From positions 121,870,397 through 121,934,396 of the forward strand of contig CM097887.1 of NCBI GenBank assembly GCA_044892525.1: DNA of 64,000 bases, read 5' to 3'. Source of the DNA: Schmidtea polychroa (Eukaryota). Shown one piece after another: positions 51,117 to 63,500 of the stretch (within the stretch, counting starts at the first letter, position 1; each line of letters starts with the position of its first letter). A model generated the notes under the pieces. That model worked only from the letters and a program-made list of their open reading frames with translations. It did not search any database and was not told the origin of the DNA. Position numbers and translations under genes: made by a program.

Positions 51117-53400
51117 CAGTGGTGTCCAACCGAAATTGGTTACTGGGCCAAAATAAAAAATAAAAATATAATGTGGGCCGCACGTATTTATTTATTATAA
51201 AAAATTTATACAAACTAAATTATATTTTACATATACATACATATTACTTAATGTGAAACTTGTTTTTCAATTTTTTCTGATAATTTTTTTATGTCCACAG
51301 GTATTTTCGAAGTTGAACATCGTAATTGGTCTTTTAAATTTTCATCAGTTAATCTATTACGACTTTTACATTTAACAATCTTTAATTTTGAAAAAAAAGA
51401 TTCGCAAAGATACGTGGTCCCCATTGCAGCTGTAACGCTTATCGCTAGTTTTCTTAGATTAGGAAATTTATCATTGCATTGTATTTTTTTATAAAACTGA
51501 ACTTTATCATTGGCTTCAAACATATATTTTAATTCAGAAGATGACTGGAGATCTATTAACTCCATTTGCAAATTTGTTGGAGCTGATTCCACAACAATGT
51601 CAAATGGACATAGGAAAATATTAAATATATTCTCATATTTCTTAAAATATGAAAATCTCTCCTGAAATTCTTGTAGTAAATTGGTAATTTCTTGTCCATA
51701 TTTAGAAAAATCTTTTTTGTCACAATTAAATATATGTAATAATGGAAAGTGGATAGAATTTTTTGATTTTAATTGACTTTCATAAAGTTTCAGTTTTGTT
51801 ATGAATGCTTTTATATTTCCATAACAGTCTGTGATTAACTTGTTTTCACCTTGAAGCTGCCTATTTAGTTCGTTTAATTTCATAGTAATATCTGTAAGGA
51901 AACATAAATCCAAAAGCCACTGCTCATCATATAATTCAGGGACATTTTGGTCATTTTCATTCATAAAAATTCCAATCTCTTCTCTCAAATTCCAAAATCT
52001 TTCTAAACATTTCCCACGACTTAACCAGCGAATTTTCGCATAAAAAAGCAAATCACTGTACTCAGATTCTAGTTCTTGAAGGTAATCTTGAAACTGACGA
52101 TGTTTTAAGGAATTATTTTTTATTGCTTTAACTGTTTTAATAACGACTGACATCACATGGTTCATATCAAATACTTGCGCACATAAATTCTCAAGGTGTA
52201 AAAAACAGTGACAAATAAAAAGGTCAGGAGATAATGAAGCTTTTTCCATGGCATTTCTATAATCAAGAATTAATTTTACGGCTCCAATATTTTTACCGAT
52301 CATTGAGGCTGCACCATCTCTGGTGATTCCAATTAGGTTTGCTAAATTAAGACCATGATCATGTGTGCATTTTACGACAGCTTCTTGTATATTTTTTCCG
52401 GTAGTTGTGCCTTTCAAACTCATAACATCCAGAAGTTCTTCAGTTACACTCATTTCACTATAAAAACCTCGAATAAAAATAGCAAGTTGTGCAGTGTCTT
52501 TAATATCTGTTGTCTCATCCAAAGCCAGTGAGAAATAAACAAACTCTTTAGAAACCATGTCCAGCGTAGAACAAATATCAGTTGAAATGTTATCAATTCT
52601 TCGTGATACAGTTTGATGTGATAGACTAATTTGACCAAAAATCTTAATTTTTTCTGGAATAATTTCTTCAACTGCAGCAATAAGGCATTCTTTGATGTAT
52701 TGACCATCTGAAAAGGGCTTCATTTTTTTCCCAATAATGTGTGATATTCGCATGCTGGCATTAACGATGGCATTAGATTGAATTGTTTGTTTATGAAATA
52801 TATTTCGTTCTGCATTCAGATTTGCTTTAAGTGTATCTAATTTCACTTTTCGTTCGTCTTTAGTATATTTTTTATAATCATCATGTTTTTGTTCAAAATG
52901 TCGTCTCAAATTATATGATTTTAATATTGAGGTAGATTGACGACAAATTAAACATATAGCGTTTTCCTTCACCTGCGTGTAAAAATATAAATTTTCCCAT
53001 TCAATTTGAAATTGTCTGTTTTCATCTTCAAATTTTCTTTTTTTATTCTTATGTTAGATGATGAGGGTAGGCCCATCACTACATTTACCCTAGACAAATA
53101 CTACAGGACAGGGCCCAAAAAATATAGAGTAAATGTGTACGCCGAAGAGCGCAGATAGATAAATATTCCAACAAACAACCCAATTTTAAGCAAATCAATT
53201 CAACCCAAAGACAACCCAGCAATCTGAAAACTGACTAAATCGTCGAGCAAACTATGCATATTCTATCTTATCAACAATTGTGTAAATATAATTGACTATT
53301 CTATCTTATTAACAATTGTGACAATCCATGTATATTTTATCTTATTTTCGGTCTGAATACTTATATGTATATTTTATCTTATTTTCCGTTTGAATATTTA
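51117..53400 (-). mobile_element. hAT (Buster/SPIN/GTF2IRD2-like) DNA transposon; only one terminus found
   Basis: Terminus CAGTGGTGTCCAACC at 51117, preceded by atcTAaat (central TA, as Buster elements prefer); full transposase ORF; the other TIR is not seen before the gypsy LTR. Confidence 0.8.
51248..53076 (-). CDS. hAT transposase with BED-like Zn finger; intact apart from a 1-nt frameshift in an A7 run near the N-terminus
   Basis: KRKFEDENRQFQIEW...CLIC...NLRRH..H; catalytic FSLALDETTD, TRDGAASM, CFLH, RWLSRG, TYLCESFFS. The upstream ATG (about 53076) joins this frame if the A-run is A8. Confidence 0.85.
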
Positions 53401-54121
53401 TGTAGAAGGTTAATATTTTATCGGGTGTATGTATTTAATAGATTTTATTAGTTAACATCTTAATTATATACAAGGGAAAAATATTCTAATAATTTTAATT
53501 TGATATTTCAAATTAATAATAATAAATTTCAAAAATTCAATTTTTAATTGTAAACTTCAATTAATTGAATCTCTAGATTTTATTTTTTTAGAACAGTTGG
53601 TTTAGAACAGCTGGGAAATTTCAACAGTAATAACAACACTTTAAATAAATAATCAATTTTAGAATAAGAAAATAAAACTAGAAAATAATAATAATCTTAA
53701 GAAAATAATAATCAATTAAATTTTAAGTAGGTAAATTAACAACAGCTGCCCGCAAAAAATAGTATAAATAGCGACAAAAAATTAGTTTTAGTCGCCCAAA
53801 AATAGCGCAAAGATTTTATATTTGAAGGTAAATCCTGAGGATAATTCAATCATTTGAATCAGCACAAAACGATTCACAAATAGTAAAAGCTTACGAAGAT
53901 ACAACACGCACACACAACAAATAACAATATATATACTTCTTTTTGCACGCATTTTAGTTGAAGCAATTGATAAACAAGTACCAACTTTTTCAGAATTGTA
54001 ACTGGATTTTATTTGGTAAATTTTATATTCAATACATTTTATTACATATACATTTGTCTTTGTTTTGATATATATAAGAACCAGTAAGTTGAGTGTTCCC
54101 GATTAACGAGACCTCAACATT

Positions 54122-54139
54122 TGGTGCCGCGAACCGGGA
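54122..54139 (+). promoter_or_regulatory. Primer-binding site (tRNA-Phe-like, inferred)
   Basis: TGGTGCCGCGAACCGGGA two nt after ...CAACA; resembles the complement of eukaryotic tRNA-Phe 3' ends (TGGTGCCGAAACCCGGGA) with several differences. Confidence 0.65.
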
Positions 54140-54359
54140 CTTTAAAATCAATTATTGTTATTCACAATTTGGGGGATAGGAATTGAGATCAGAGGGTATA
54201 GTATTTTATATTGGGAAAATATATTTATAAAAAACAATATCATTGACCAATTTTTAAATAAATAAATTCAGTTTTGAAAATTATTAAATAATTCGAAAAG
54301 ATAAAATAGATAATCAACCCGAAATAGTGTATAATCTCAGAAATAGAATAGTCTATAGG

Positions 54360-57300
54360 ATGAATAATAATAATAATAATTACATAAAAATTTTACCAGT
54401 AGAACCATATAGAGGAGAGCCTGAAAAGTTCGACGATTTTTTCACTGAGATCGCTCAGTATGCAGAAGCTTGCGGGTGGACACCTGATGAGTTAAAAATG
54501 AGAATACCACTATATTTAAAAGGTTATGCGTTACAGGCATACAATAACTTAGAATGTAAAGGAAATAATTTTGAGCAACTCGTAAGATATCTGAGAGCAT
54601 AAATAGTAATCGATAGCGATTTACAAAAGATAAACGTTCAAAAATTTAGAAACAGATATCAGGGTACTAGAGAATCAGTTGGTGAATATGTATATACAAT
54701 TACGGAGTTAGCGAAAAAAGCATTTGGTGCAGGGGAGCACACAGCAAAATTAATTGAGGATCAGTTTTGGAATGGTATACAAAAATATTTATATAAAGCA
54801 CTAATTATGGTAGAATATGGTAATTTAAACGAATTAGTTCATAAAGCTAAGCGTATAGAAGCAATACAACGAGATAGATTTAGTTCACATGTAGATGCAA
54901 TGGAAATCCAAAAACCCATAGAGGTAAAATCTGAGTTGGGTAAGTCAGATGACAACATCCCCTGGGAGGAGATGAAACAACTATATTTGAACTTTGTAAA
55001 AAATAGACGAAGGGTAAGCCCGAGTCCAGATAGAAGTCAATCGCCTGAAAACAGGAGAAGGTTTGACAATGTGAGAAATAGAAATTTTGAGAATAGAAAC
55101 AATAGAAATACTTTCGATAGAGACAATCGTTATGAATATAATAGAAATAATTATACGAGAGATAATAGAGTCGATTTTAGTAGAAATAATTTGAGAAATA
55201 ATAAATATGATAGAAATAATAGACACGATAATAGAGATAATACAAATGAATTGAGACGTAGACAGACAAGTCCATATAGACAGAATTCATACAGAGAAAG
55301 GCGAGGGAGCCCTTATAATAATGATGGTAGAGATAAAGTAAATTTTAATGGACAAATCAAATGTTATAACTGCCAGAAATATGGTCACTTAGCTAAAGTA
55401 TGCAATAATGCGCGAAGCGAATCGCCTAATAGAGTGAGATTTAAAAATGAGCCTGAGATAAAACAGATTAATAGTGCTGAGTTGATATCAGCTAATGATG
55501 AAATAAACAGTTTGAGGGAGGAATTAAAAGAATTTAAAACTCAATATGGGAGACTTATTGAGAGGAAGTTAGAAATGTCATTAAATGAGTTTCAGTGTTT
55601 TACCAATGATGTAGATATAGATAATGATGAGTTTCGTGAAGCAAGAGAAGCGGATGAGAAATTTCTTGCAGAAACAAATAGATGTAAAGAGTTAAAAGAA
55701 GAATTGAAAGAGACATTAGAAAAATGGCCTTATGATGATAATGAGACATTGCGTATAATAAATAGAGTTCAAGTCGAAGGAATTGACTTAGAATATTTGA
55801 GAAATTTGATACCACTAATGGTAAAGAGACAAAATATGACAAGAGTATTTGAATTAGAAATAGAATTGAAAGAAATGATAAAATGCTATGGTGAATTTGT
55901 GAGAAAAAATCAGAAATTACATGAGTCATTAAATATAACTATTGAGGCAAAGGACCTTTCGAGATTACTTATGCGTAGTACAGGGGTACATGTTTGCACA
56001 AAAGTGAATAAAGTGAAACAGATGGCTAGAGCCAATTGGCCCGAGAAATTGGGAGATAATGATAAAGTAAAACTGTATTTTAACGGTGTAGAAATGATGA
56101 ATAATGAATATATAATTGACTATGGGGTAAATGTTATTGATAACAATATTATTTCAGCCGTAATAGAAAGGCAAGAAAGTAAACAAGTGGATACACCAAC
56201 TCCATCAGTAGAATTGAGTATAAACGATGAAAATGACTACGACAAATTATTTAGATTGTGGGATGCTTCTTCAGGAGGGGCAATGAGGTCACCAACAGCT
56301 AGCGAGGAAATCTTGAAACCTATCGATACTAAATATGATAATTTACATGAGACAATAGAAAGAATTGCGAAACAAGCAAATATGCAGGATGCAGATACGA
56401 TGAGACGAGGTAGGGGAAGGCCTCGAAAATCGGAAATAGCCGAAAAGTCAGATGACAGAAAGGCAGCAGAGCGTTTAAGAGATATTGCAAATAATATGAG
56501 ACAGGAAGTTCCAAAAAATCAGGATAATGACAAAGACATAAAAATGATAATGGAGTTAGTTAAAGCAATGAATATGAGACGATTTCCGGAAGCAAAACCA
56601 TCAGCACTAATAGAAAATATAGTTAAAAAGATTAAATTAATGGAAAAAGAGATTAGAGAATTGAGTGCAGAGGAAGCAAATGAAGAGACAGTGTTAAAGA
56701 TACTATTTACAACAGGAGTTAATCGAGATAAAGTGATTACGGCAATGGCATATTTAATAGCAAGATACAAGAAACTTTTGCGATTGAATCCAAAGAATCA
56801 GATAGAAAATATTGCTAAAATGATATATAATAAATTAAAAATAGATGCTATGCCATGGATAAAATTAAAAGGAGGATGGAAAATACTGTATGATGAGAGC
56901 CTAATCGAAGGTGTTAAGGAAAGCGTAGGAGACAATATTAATGTAGAAATAGATGATGCGGAGGAGACAGTAAAAAATCTAGTAAATAAAACAACTACGA
57001 GACCGAGTCAAAAAGAAAGAAAGTCGACAATGTCAATAGTAATTATAGTAATAACGTTATTGTTAGATCTGATAAAAGGAAATAATGCGATCATAGCGTA
57101 TGACTGTCAGAATCCTAAGTGGGGACAGAAATATTCATTATTAGATGTAGAGAATTGCCCAGAGGCTAATCCAACAAAACTAATTGTTGCAGATCCAAAG
57201 ATTTTTCACATATATCAAGAGTCTGACTTCATTCACACTGAGGCAGGAGAGTGTATCGTTAAATATTCAGAGGAAAGTTTTGTATGTAATAAAATAGCGA

Positions 57301-60300
57301 GAACAATATTAACTCCAACATGGGCACCAGAAGCGATAATAATAGCACCAATCGAATGTGAAAATGCATTTAAGACAAAAAAGATAAAAACGCCAGATGG
57401 ATTTGAGTTAAATGCTCAGGTAGGAGCACGAGTAAGGCAATTAGTAAATGTCGTTGGATGGTCATCAACAGGAGGATATTGTGAAGAAGGAACGTATAAA
57501 ATATGGGGACATGTAGCAGACAATATTGTAGTAAGACGACAATATTATATTGAATTAAGGAAATTCAAGGCGTCATTTGATAGTTCATCAAAGAAAATGA
57601 TGACACATAAGTTCTGCACATTAGATGAGACAAGCTGTGATACAGGCGAGTCAATGATCATATACAAAGTAAATAAATATGAATGCCATCTAACTAAACT
57701 AAAGACATTGAAATTCAGAACAATACGAGGTAAACAGTTTACGGATATGGAATCCAAAAACATTAAAGATCAAAAACGACGAGCAACGATAATTCAAGAG
57801 AGAGATACACCAACGATATATATGTCAGATTCTGAAACAGAAGCGATGAGATTCGTGGGGAAAGGTGAAAGTATCAAATGCGGAAAAGCAGTTATACAAA
57901 CAAATTATGAAGGAATTTATATCAGCGGAAGTGAAATTAAAGAGGCAAAATCGAAAATAGATAAATTCGATGTCAAGCTAGCGTCATATTTTAATAATAA
58001 AATCGACTACTTTTATCATCATCAGTTAGTACAATTGGACAAAGTATATCAAGCAACTATTGCAAACGATTGTAAACTTAACAGAGAAATTTTAAGAACA
58101 AAGATGGCGGTTGCAGTCACAAACCCAGATTTGATGGCACCAATTTTATTTGCAGAAAAAGGGACATTTGCAAGAGTCGTCGGTGAAGTGATACAAACAT
58201 TTCAGTGCAAACCGGTTAGCGTATCTTTAGCAACGAATAATAAGTGCACAAACGAACTGCCAGTAGTGTATAAAGGAGAAACTGTGTACCTCCAACCAAT
58301 AACAAGGATATTAACAGATAAAGACTATGTTCCGAGAAAAATTGATAAATGTACTAATCTATTGGATCCATTATACAAAATAAATGATGATATGTGGATT
58401 ACAATGTCAGATAGAAAAGAAGCGACTAAACCACAAAAACTAGAACTAACTGAACTTGAGAAAAAGTTAGAATTTCAGGAAGTCAACGAAATGGATAACA
58501 ATGGGATGTATACGAGAGAGGCGATAGAGAGCGCCAGAAAACATATGTTATTTCCTCATGAAAAAGAAAAAGTTCTTTCTATCATGGTAAACAAAATCAT
58601 CGAAAATAGTTATGGAGGGAATTACAACTTTGATGTATTATTATCAAAAGAGCACTTCAAGAAAGTTGTGTATAGAGTATTATACAGCATATGGGGATAT
58701 TTTGCGATTCTCGGAAATACGTTTTCCACTATATTGGGTATATATTATACAGTAGCACTATTGAAAATGATTTGCTCATCACTAGTTTCGTTAAGACAAC
58801 TGAGACAAGTTTTTGGTAATTCATATAAAATGATAGCATGTTTATGTCCATTCATAGCCAAATATTTGATCACTGCGAGGCACGATAAGGAAATCAAACG
58901 GATGAAAAGTCGAAGGGAAGAGGGTGAAATGATGATCACCAATGAGAAAGAGGACGATACAAACAGATCAGAAAATACTGAGCAACCACAGATTGGGTTA
59001 TATGATAATCAAAGAGAACAATTGACAGAATTGAGAAATAATATTGAAATTAGAATCCCAGGTGAAAATGGTAATTGTCATTGTGTTCCAAGGAAAACTT
59101 ATGGATGTTACGGGTTAGAACTTGACGATATATTAGAAGGGTTAAATGAAGCAAGGCCTAAATTACAAATAGTGATAAATGATACGATAATAAAGGCATT
59201 ATGTGACACAGGAGCAGCAGCTTCTATGATTCGTGAAGATCAGTTAACCGGAAACCAAAAGAAAAATATCGTGAGCACAAGAGATAGAGTAATTTCATTA
59301 TCATCACATTACATACCATTAAAAGGAGATATCGAATTAACAGTCCACTTTTCGGATCAAGTGGTTGAACATGTCTTCAAGGTAGTAGCAGAATGTAAAT
59401 GCGTATGTGTCCTTGGGATGGACATACTCAAAAAGTTAAAAAACTGTGTAATCGATTTAACGGATAGTACAGTCAAACGGAAGGCAATATATCAAGACGC
59501 AAGATTTACTGAGGTAATTGCATTAGAGACATTTGAACTAGAGTATCAAAGTGATCATATAATTCCAGTAAAAGTTAATGTTAAAAGTGAGGACACTTTC
59601 ATTTTCGAGCCTGAAACGGCAATATCACGAGATCATAACGTAATGTTAACAGACGAGTGTGTAATTCCAAATAATGGGATAATTCCAATAAGAATCGCGA
59701 ATTACGAAAGAAATAAAGTAAAAATTCATAAAGGTACAAAATTGGGAAAGTTGTTCAAAGGTGAATTAGAGCAAACATTTGAAGTATGTGAGATGTCGAT
59801 GACGAAGGATGTCAGTGAAAGAATGGTCGAACAGAGTAGAGCGAATAATATCAAATTTTATGATAAAATTAAAATAAATAATAATTATCTAAATGAAACA
59901 CAACAACTACAACTACAAATATTACTTGACGAATACAGTGATGTTTTTGCAAAACACGAATTTGATTTAGGAGATACTGACATTATCAAACATGTAATCG
60001 ATACAGGGAATGCTAGACCAATAAAACAGAGACCCTATAGTGTACCATATAAACTGAGGGAGGAAATAAAACGACAAATTAAAGAATTAAAAGAGACAGT
60101 TAGAAAGAAAGACGGGGAAATTCGAATGTGCATTGATTATCGTAAATTAAATGATGTAACAGTAAAAGACTCATACCCATTCCCAAAAGCACAAGAACAA
60201 TATGATAAACTTAGAGATACTAAATATTTCACAGTAATAGATGCAAATAAAGGCTACATGCAAATTCAAATGGAAGAGGGGGATGCGGAAAAGACAGCTT

Positions 60301-62966
60301 TTGTGATAGAAGACGGTTTATATGAATATAAAAGATTACCTTTTGGGTTAACTAATGCGCCAGCAACATTTCAACGTTTAATGAATACAGTATTAGTAGA
60401 CGTACAACATTGCACAGTATATATGGATGATATATTAATTTCATCAAAAACATTTGAGGAACATCTAAAAGATATAGCTAACGTACTAGAAAGATTAAGA
60501 AAAGCAAAAATCAAAATAAAACCCACTAAGTGTAAATGGGCAGAACCTTCAGCATTATTCTTAGGACATATAGTTACAGTAGATGGTATAATACCTAATC
60601 CCGATAAAATTGAAGTAGTTAAAAAATTCCCAGTTCCAAAAACATTACAACAAGTACAGGGATTTTTAGGTCTCACAGGATATTATCGTAAATTCATACA
60701 AGATTATGCAAAAATAGCAGCACCACTAATTGAGTTAACAAAAGGAGTCAAAACAAAGGGAGAGAGTAAAGGAGTGTTAATAGTACAAGAGATTAACGAT
60801 AAAACTAAAAAGCCACAAAGGAAATGGAAAGATGAACACCAAAAAGCCTTTGATCAACTAAAAGAAAAATTAATAACAGCACCGATACTAAGATACCCAG
60901 ACTTTAAAAAACAGTTCATTGTCATGACAGACGCCAGCGGGAAGGCCGTAGGGGCAGTCTTAGGACAAGAAGAGGAAAAGGGTAAAGATTATGTAATAGC
61001 TTATGCAAGCAAAACATTAAAAGGAGCACAGATTAGGTACTCAACAATTGAGAAAGAATGTTATGCTATAGTTTTTGCATTAAAACAATTTAAACCATAC
61101 ATATATGGAACTGAAGTAGTAATTAGAACAGACCATAAGCCATTAGAAGGGTTATGGAAACATAAAGATACATCCAGTAGACTGTTAAAATGGGCAATGA
61201 AAATACAAGACATGCACATAAAGATTGCATATAAACCAGGTAGAATAAATAGGAATGCAGATGCATTATCACGAATTCCAGAGTTAGGAGCACTAGAAGT
61301 TTTTGCATTAGTAACCGAAAAACCAATAGAAATATATGAGGAACAAATGAAAGATCCAGAACTCTTCAAGATAAGAGAAGAAATAAAAAAGGGAACTAAC
61401 CAAAAGTATAAAATCTGTAAGAAGTTAATTGTTATTGAGGATTTTAGCGGTAAACAATTAATAGTAGTACCACAAAGATTAAGACAAATTCTTCTGTTAC
61501 AATACCACGATGGTGCTTTAGGAGGTCATTTATCAAGTAGGAAAACAGCAAGCAGATTGACGCAAAAATATTATTGGGACGATTTGAAAAAGGATGTCAA
61601 GAGATGGTGTAATGCATGCACAATATGCGCAACTAGAAAAAATACAGGAACAAAAACTAAAGCACCTTTACATCCAATCCCAGCTACAACATCACTAATG
61701 GAATTGTGCGCAATGGATTTTTTGTGTAAACTACTCACAACAATTAAGGGGAATAAGCACATACTAGTTTTTAGCGATTATTTTACAAAATGGGCAGAGG
61801 CATTTCCTACAAAAGATGAAACAGCAGAAACAGTAGCTAAATTACTTGTGGAAAAAATAATCTTTAAAATCGGTACACCGAGAAAATTATTAACAGATAA
61901 AGGGAAAAATTTCATGAGTGAAACTATAAAAAGAGTAGCTAACATATTTAACATGCATAAAATCAACACAACAGCATACCACCCTCAGACCGATGGTTTA
62001 GTAGAGAGATTCAATGGGACATTGCTAAGTAGATTAGCTGTGTTTGTGGGAAAAAACCAAAATGATTGGGATGAATACGTTAATCAATGTACATACATCC
62101 ATAATATCACACCAAATGAGACAACGGGATATTCACCATATTTTCTAATGTTCTTAAGAGAGCCTGCGACACCGATTGATACAATTTTTGAGCCTCGAGT
62201 ATCACAATATTTAGATGCACCAGATTATGTAACATTAATGCAAGAGAGATTACAAGAGGTATACAAGGTTGCAAATTTAAAAGTTAAATTCAGACAAGAA
62301 CAATATAAAGCAGATTACGATAAAAATAGCAAACCTCATAATTTTAAAGTGGGAGATAAGGTTAGACTTATGTCTCCACAAGTAGGAAAAGGCAAAACAA
62401 CTAAATTAGCAAGACCATTTAAAGGACCATACGAGGTAGTAAAAGTAATACATGAAAACCTGCATTTACAAAAACATAAAAATGAGGATCCTATAATAGT
62501 ACATGTTAACAGATGCAAATTAGCAGAAACAGAGTTAGTAGAAAAACCACCTCACAAATATGGATTACGATCACAAAAAGCACTGATGATGGCAGCGACA
62601 TTTTTAACAATTATAGGGTTGGGTAAATCAACTGAAGTAGAAAACGAGAACATACACTCAGTAGAATACATGGCTGAAGATATTTTAATCAACATTTCAC
62701 CATATAAAATTAGAGTATATAACTTAAATAAATCACCAATAAGAGACTTGTATCTGGAAACTAGGGATAATATACCCAAACTTATGAAAAAAATTGAAAA
62801 TAGATCAACTAATGAATTTGAAAGAGGGGATAATGTTGAATTCGTTGAATTAGTTGACACATCACAGATAAGGTGCAAAAGACTAAAAACTACTAAAATA
62901 AACAGACTTAGAATAAAAAAACCAAAAAAGAAAAGGTATCAACATCCAGAAAAACAATTACTATAA
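54360..62966 (+). CDS. Gag-Ubl-AT-hook-glycoprotein-Pol polyprotein (one in-frame TAA at 54600-54602; small in-frame RT deletion)
   Basis: ORFs 54327-54602 and 54807-62966 are in the same frame and the interval between them is open. Motifs: CYNCQKYGHLAKVC (55362), RGRGRPRK (about 56405), AYDC (57096), TM at about 58690-58790, DTG (59205), YMDD (60420), TDASG RNase H, HHCC and DDE integrase, GPY. Confidence 0.9.
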
Positions 62967-63370
62967 ATTCAACACCCACACATCCTATATCACAAACGAT
63001 AACGAATATATATAGGAAAACGACATTTAAAGCGGTTAGACAAATATATAAAAAATTAATAATGAAAAATCCAGGACAGTCTGATAGGAAACTGATAAGA
63101 CTACCTACAGGAAAACCGATAGTTATAAATAACTGGAATGAATTACAAGTATTTCAAAAGAAAGCAAGCAAACCACAATGGCCTTTTTATGTAATAGCTA
63201 CAAGTGTAGTATCATTCGCGATCTTAGCAATTGTCACTAGTGTACAAGTTTATAAAAAGTACAAGTGGAAAAGGCAGCGGTATCGGCACCGACTGGTCAA
63301 AGAAGCACCAGGGCATTTTCACTTGGACAAATATATCCCTGGCCAATATACTCTGTCCACACTGGTATAA
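62912..63370 (+). CDS. Thr/Ser-rich stalk plus transmembrane segment, in the -1 frame relative to the polyprotein
   Basis: Frame open from 62912 (VSTSRKTITINSTPTHPISQTITN...) through ORF 63062-63370; TM WPFYVIATSVVSFAILAIVTSVQVY followed by KKYKWKRQRYR. Confidence 0.55.
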   Translation, partial: NKKTKKEKVSTSRKTITINSTPTHPISQTITNIYRKTTFKAVRQIYKKLIMKNPGQSDRKLIRLPTGKPIVINNWNELQVFQKKASKPQWPFYVIATSVVSFAILAIVTSVQVYKKYKWKRQRYRHRLVKEAPGHFHLDKYIPGQYTLSTLV

Positions 63371-63500
63371 TAACTTAAAAAATTTTAATTACATAAATTG
63401 GTCAATGATATATAATAAAAGTATATATATTACTATTTATATAACTGCGTATAAGGGTAAACCTCAAATGCGCAACAAGCATAATTATTTATTATTTGTT

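Noticed and set aside
54981-62878. Many short minus-strand ORFs over the gypsy polyprotein (similarly over stomatin, ALKBH8, the hAT and the Pao element)
   Set aside because: Antisense or alternate-frame shadows of real coding sequence, with no independent motifs.
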